Of a stretch of DNA of 64,000 nucleotides, positions 63,610 through 64,000 are shown piece by piece. Position 1 is the first letter of the stretch; every line of letters starts with the position of its first letter. The notes below the pieces were generated by a model. That model was not told where the DNA came from. It worked only from the letters and a program-made list of their open reading frames with translations, and ran no database searches. A program made the position numbers and the translations under genes. Source of the stretch: Carcharhinus longimanus (taxonomy: Eukaryota); the NCBI GenBank assembly GCA_030264375.1, contig JASCQW010000072.1, positions 73,763,239 to 73,827,238 of the forward strand, in the 5' to 3' direction.

Positions 63610-64000
63610 AAGTACAGGTTGTATGCAAAATGTCATCAAAATTGCGAATGGAAGTTTGGCCTTTTTCATGGGAGCTGTAATGTAAAGGAGAGGGAGTGAT
63701 GCTTCAGTTGGTCAGATCCTATCTTGAATACCGTGTTCAGTTTTGGGCAACAAATTTCAACAAAGTTATATTGTCTTTGGAGGGAATGTAGAATAGATGA
63801 CACATGTTAAATCATTTTTAGCTTGAGTTTAGATGGTTGAGAGATGCTCTACCCAAGGTATTTAAAATGATGAAAGGATGTAATAGGATAGATGCAAAGG
63901 AGTTATTTCCTCTTGTGGAGGAAATCGGGAATAAAGGGGTACAATCTTTATGTTAGACCCCTGCCATTGAGAAATGAATCAGAAAGTGCCATTTCACACA
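63610..64000 (+). mobile_element. Decayed CR1 3' fragment running off the window
   Basis: LVRSYLEYRVQFWA-like motif (gtcagatcctatcttgaataccgtgttcagttttgggca) and gtatttaaaatgatgaaagga. Confidence 0.7.

Overview
Eukaryotic, AT-rich, repeat-dense genomic DNA from a draft assembly with several N gaps. The repeat complement (CR1/HER1-type LINEs, HE1-type V-SINEs, a Deu-domain SINE, Penelope-like elements) points to a cartilaginous fish, most likely a shark. The one host gene I can support is SLC25A22 (mitochondrial glutamate carrier 1) on the + strand. Its first four coding exons are 25585-25604, 38947-39072, 47657-47712 and 57599-57689. They splice in frame with GT-AG boundaries to [98 protein letters not shown]. 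The promoter and the 3' exons appear to lie outside the window. The rest is intronic sequence filled with decayed, often nested retroelements. Nearly all ORFs in the supplied track are TE remnants or chance ORFs. The most interesting non-gene signals are Penelope-like termini and palindromes carrying decayed minimal hammerhead-ribozyme cores, a GIY-YIG Penelope fragment splitting an L2, a CR1 carrying three nested insertions, TSD-flanked orphan or chimeric inserts, and local duplications. I see no convincing evidence for a wholly new biological system. Repeat family names come from recalled consensus motifs, not database searches, and repeat boundaries are approximate.
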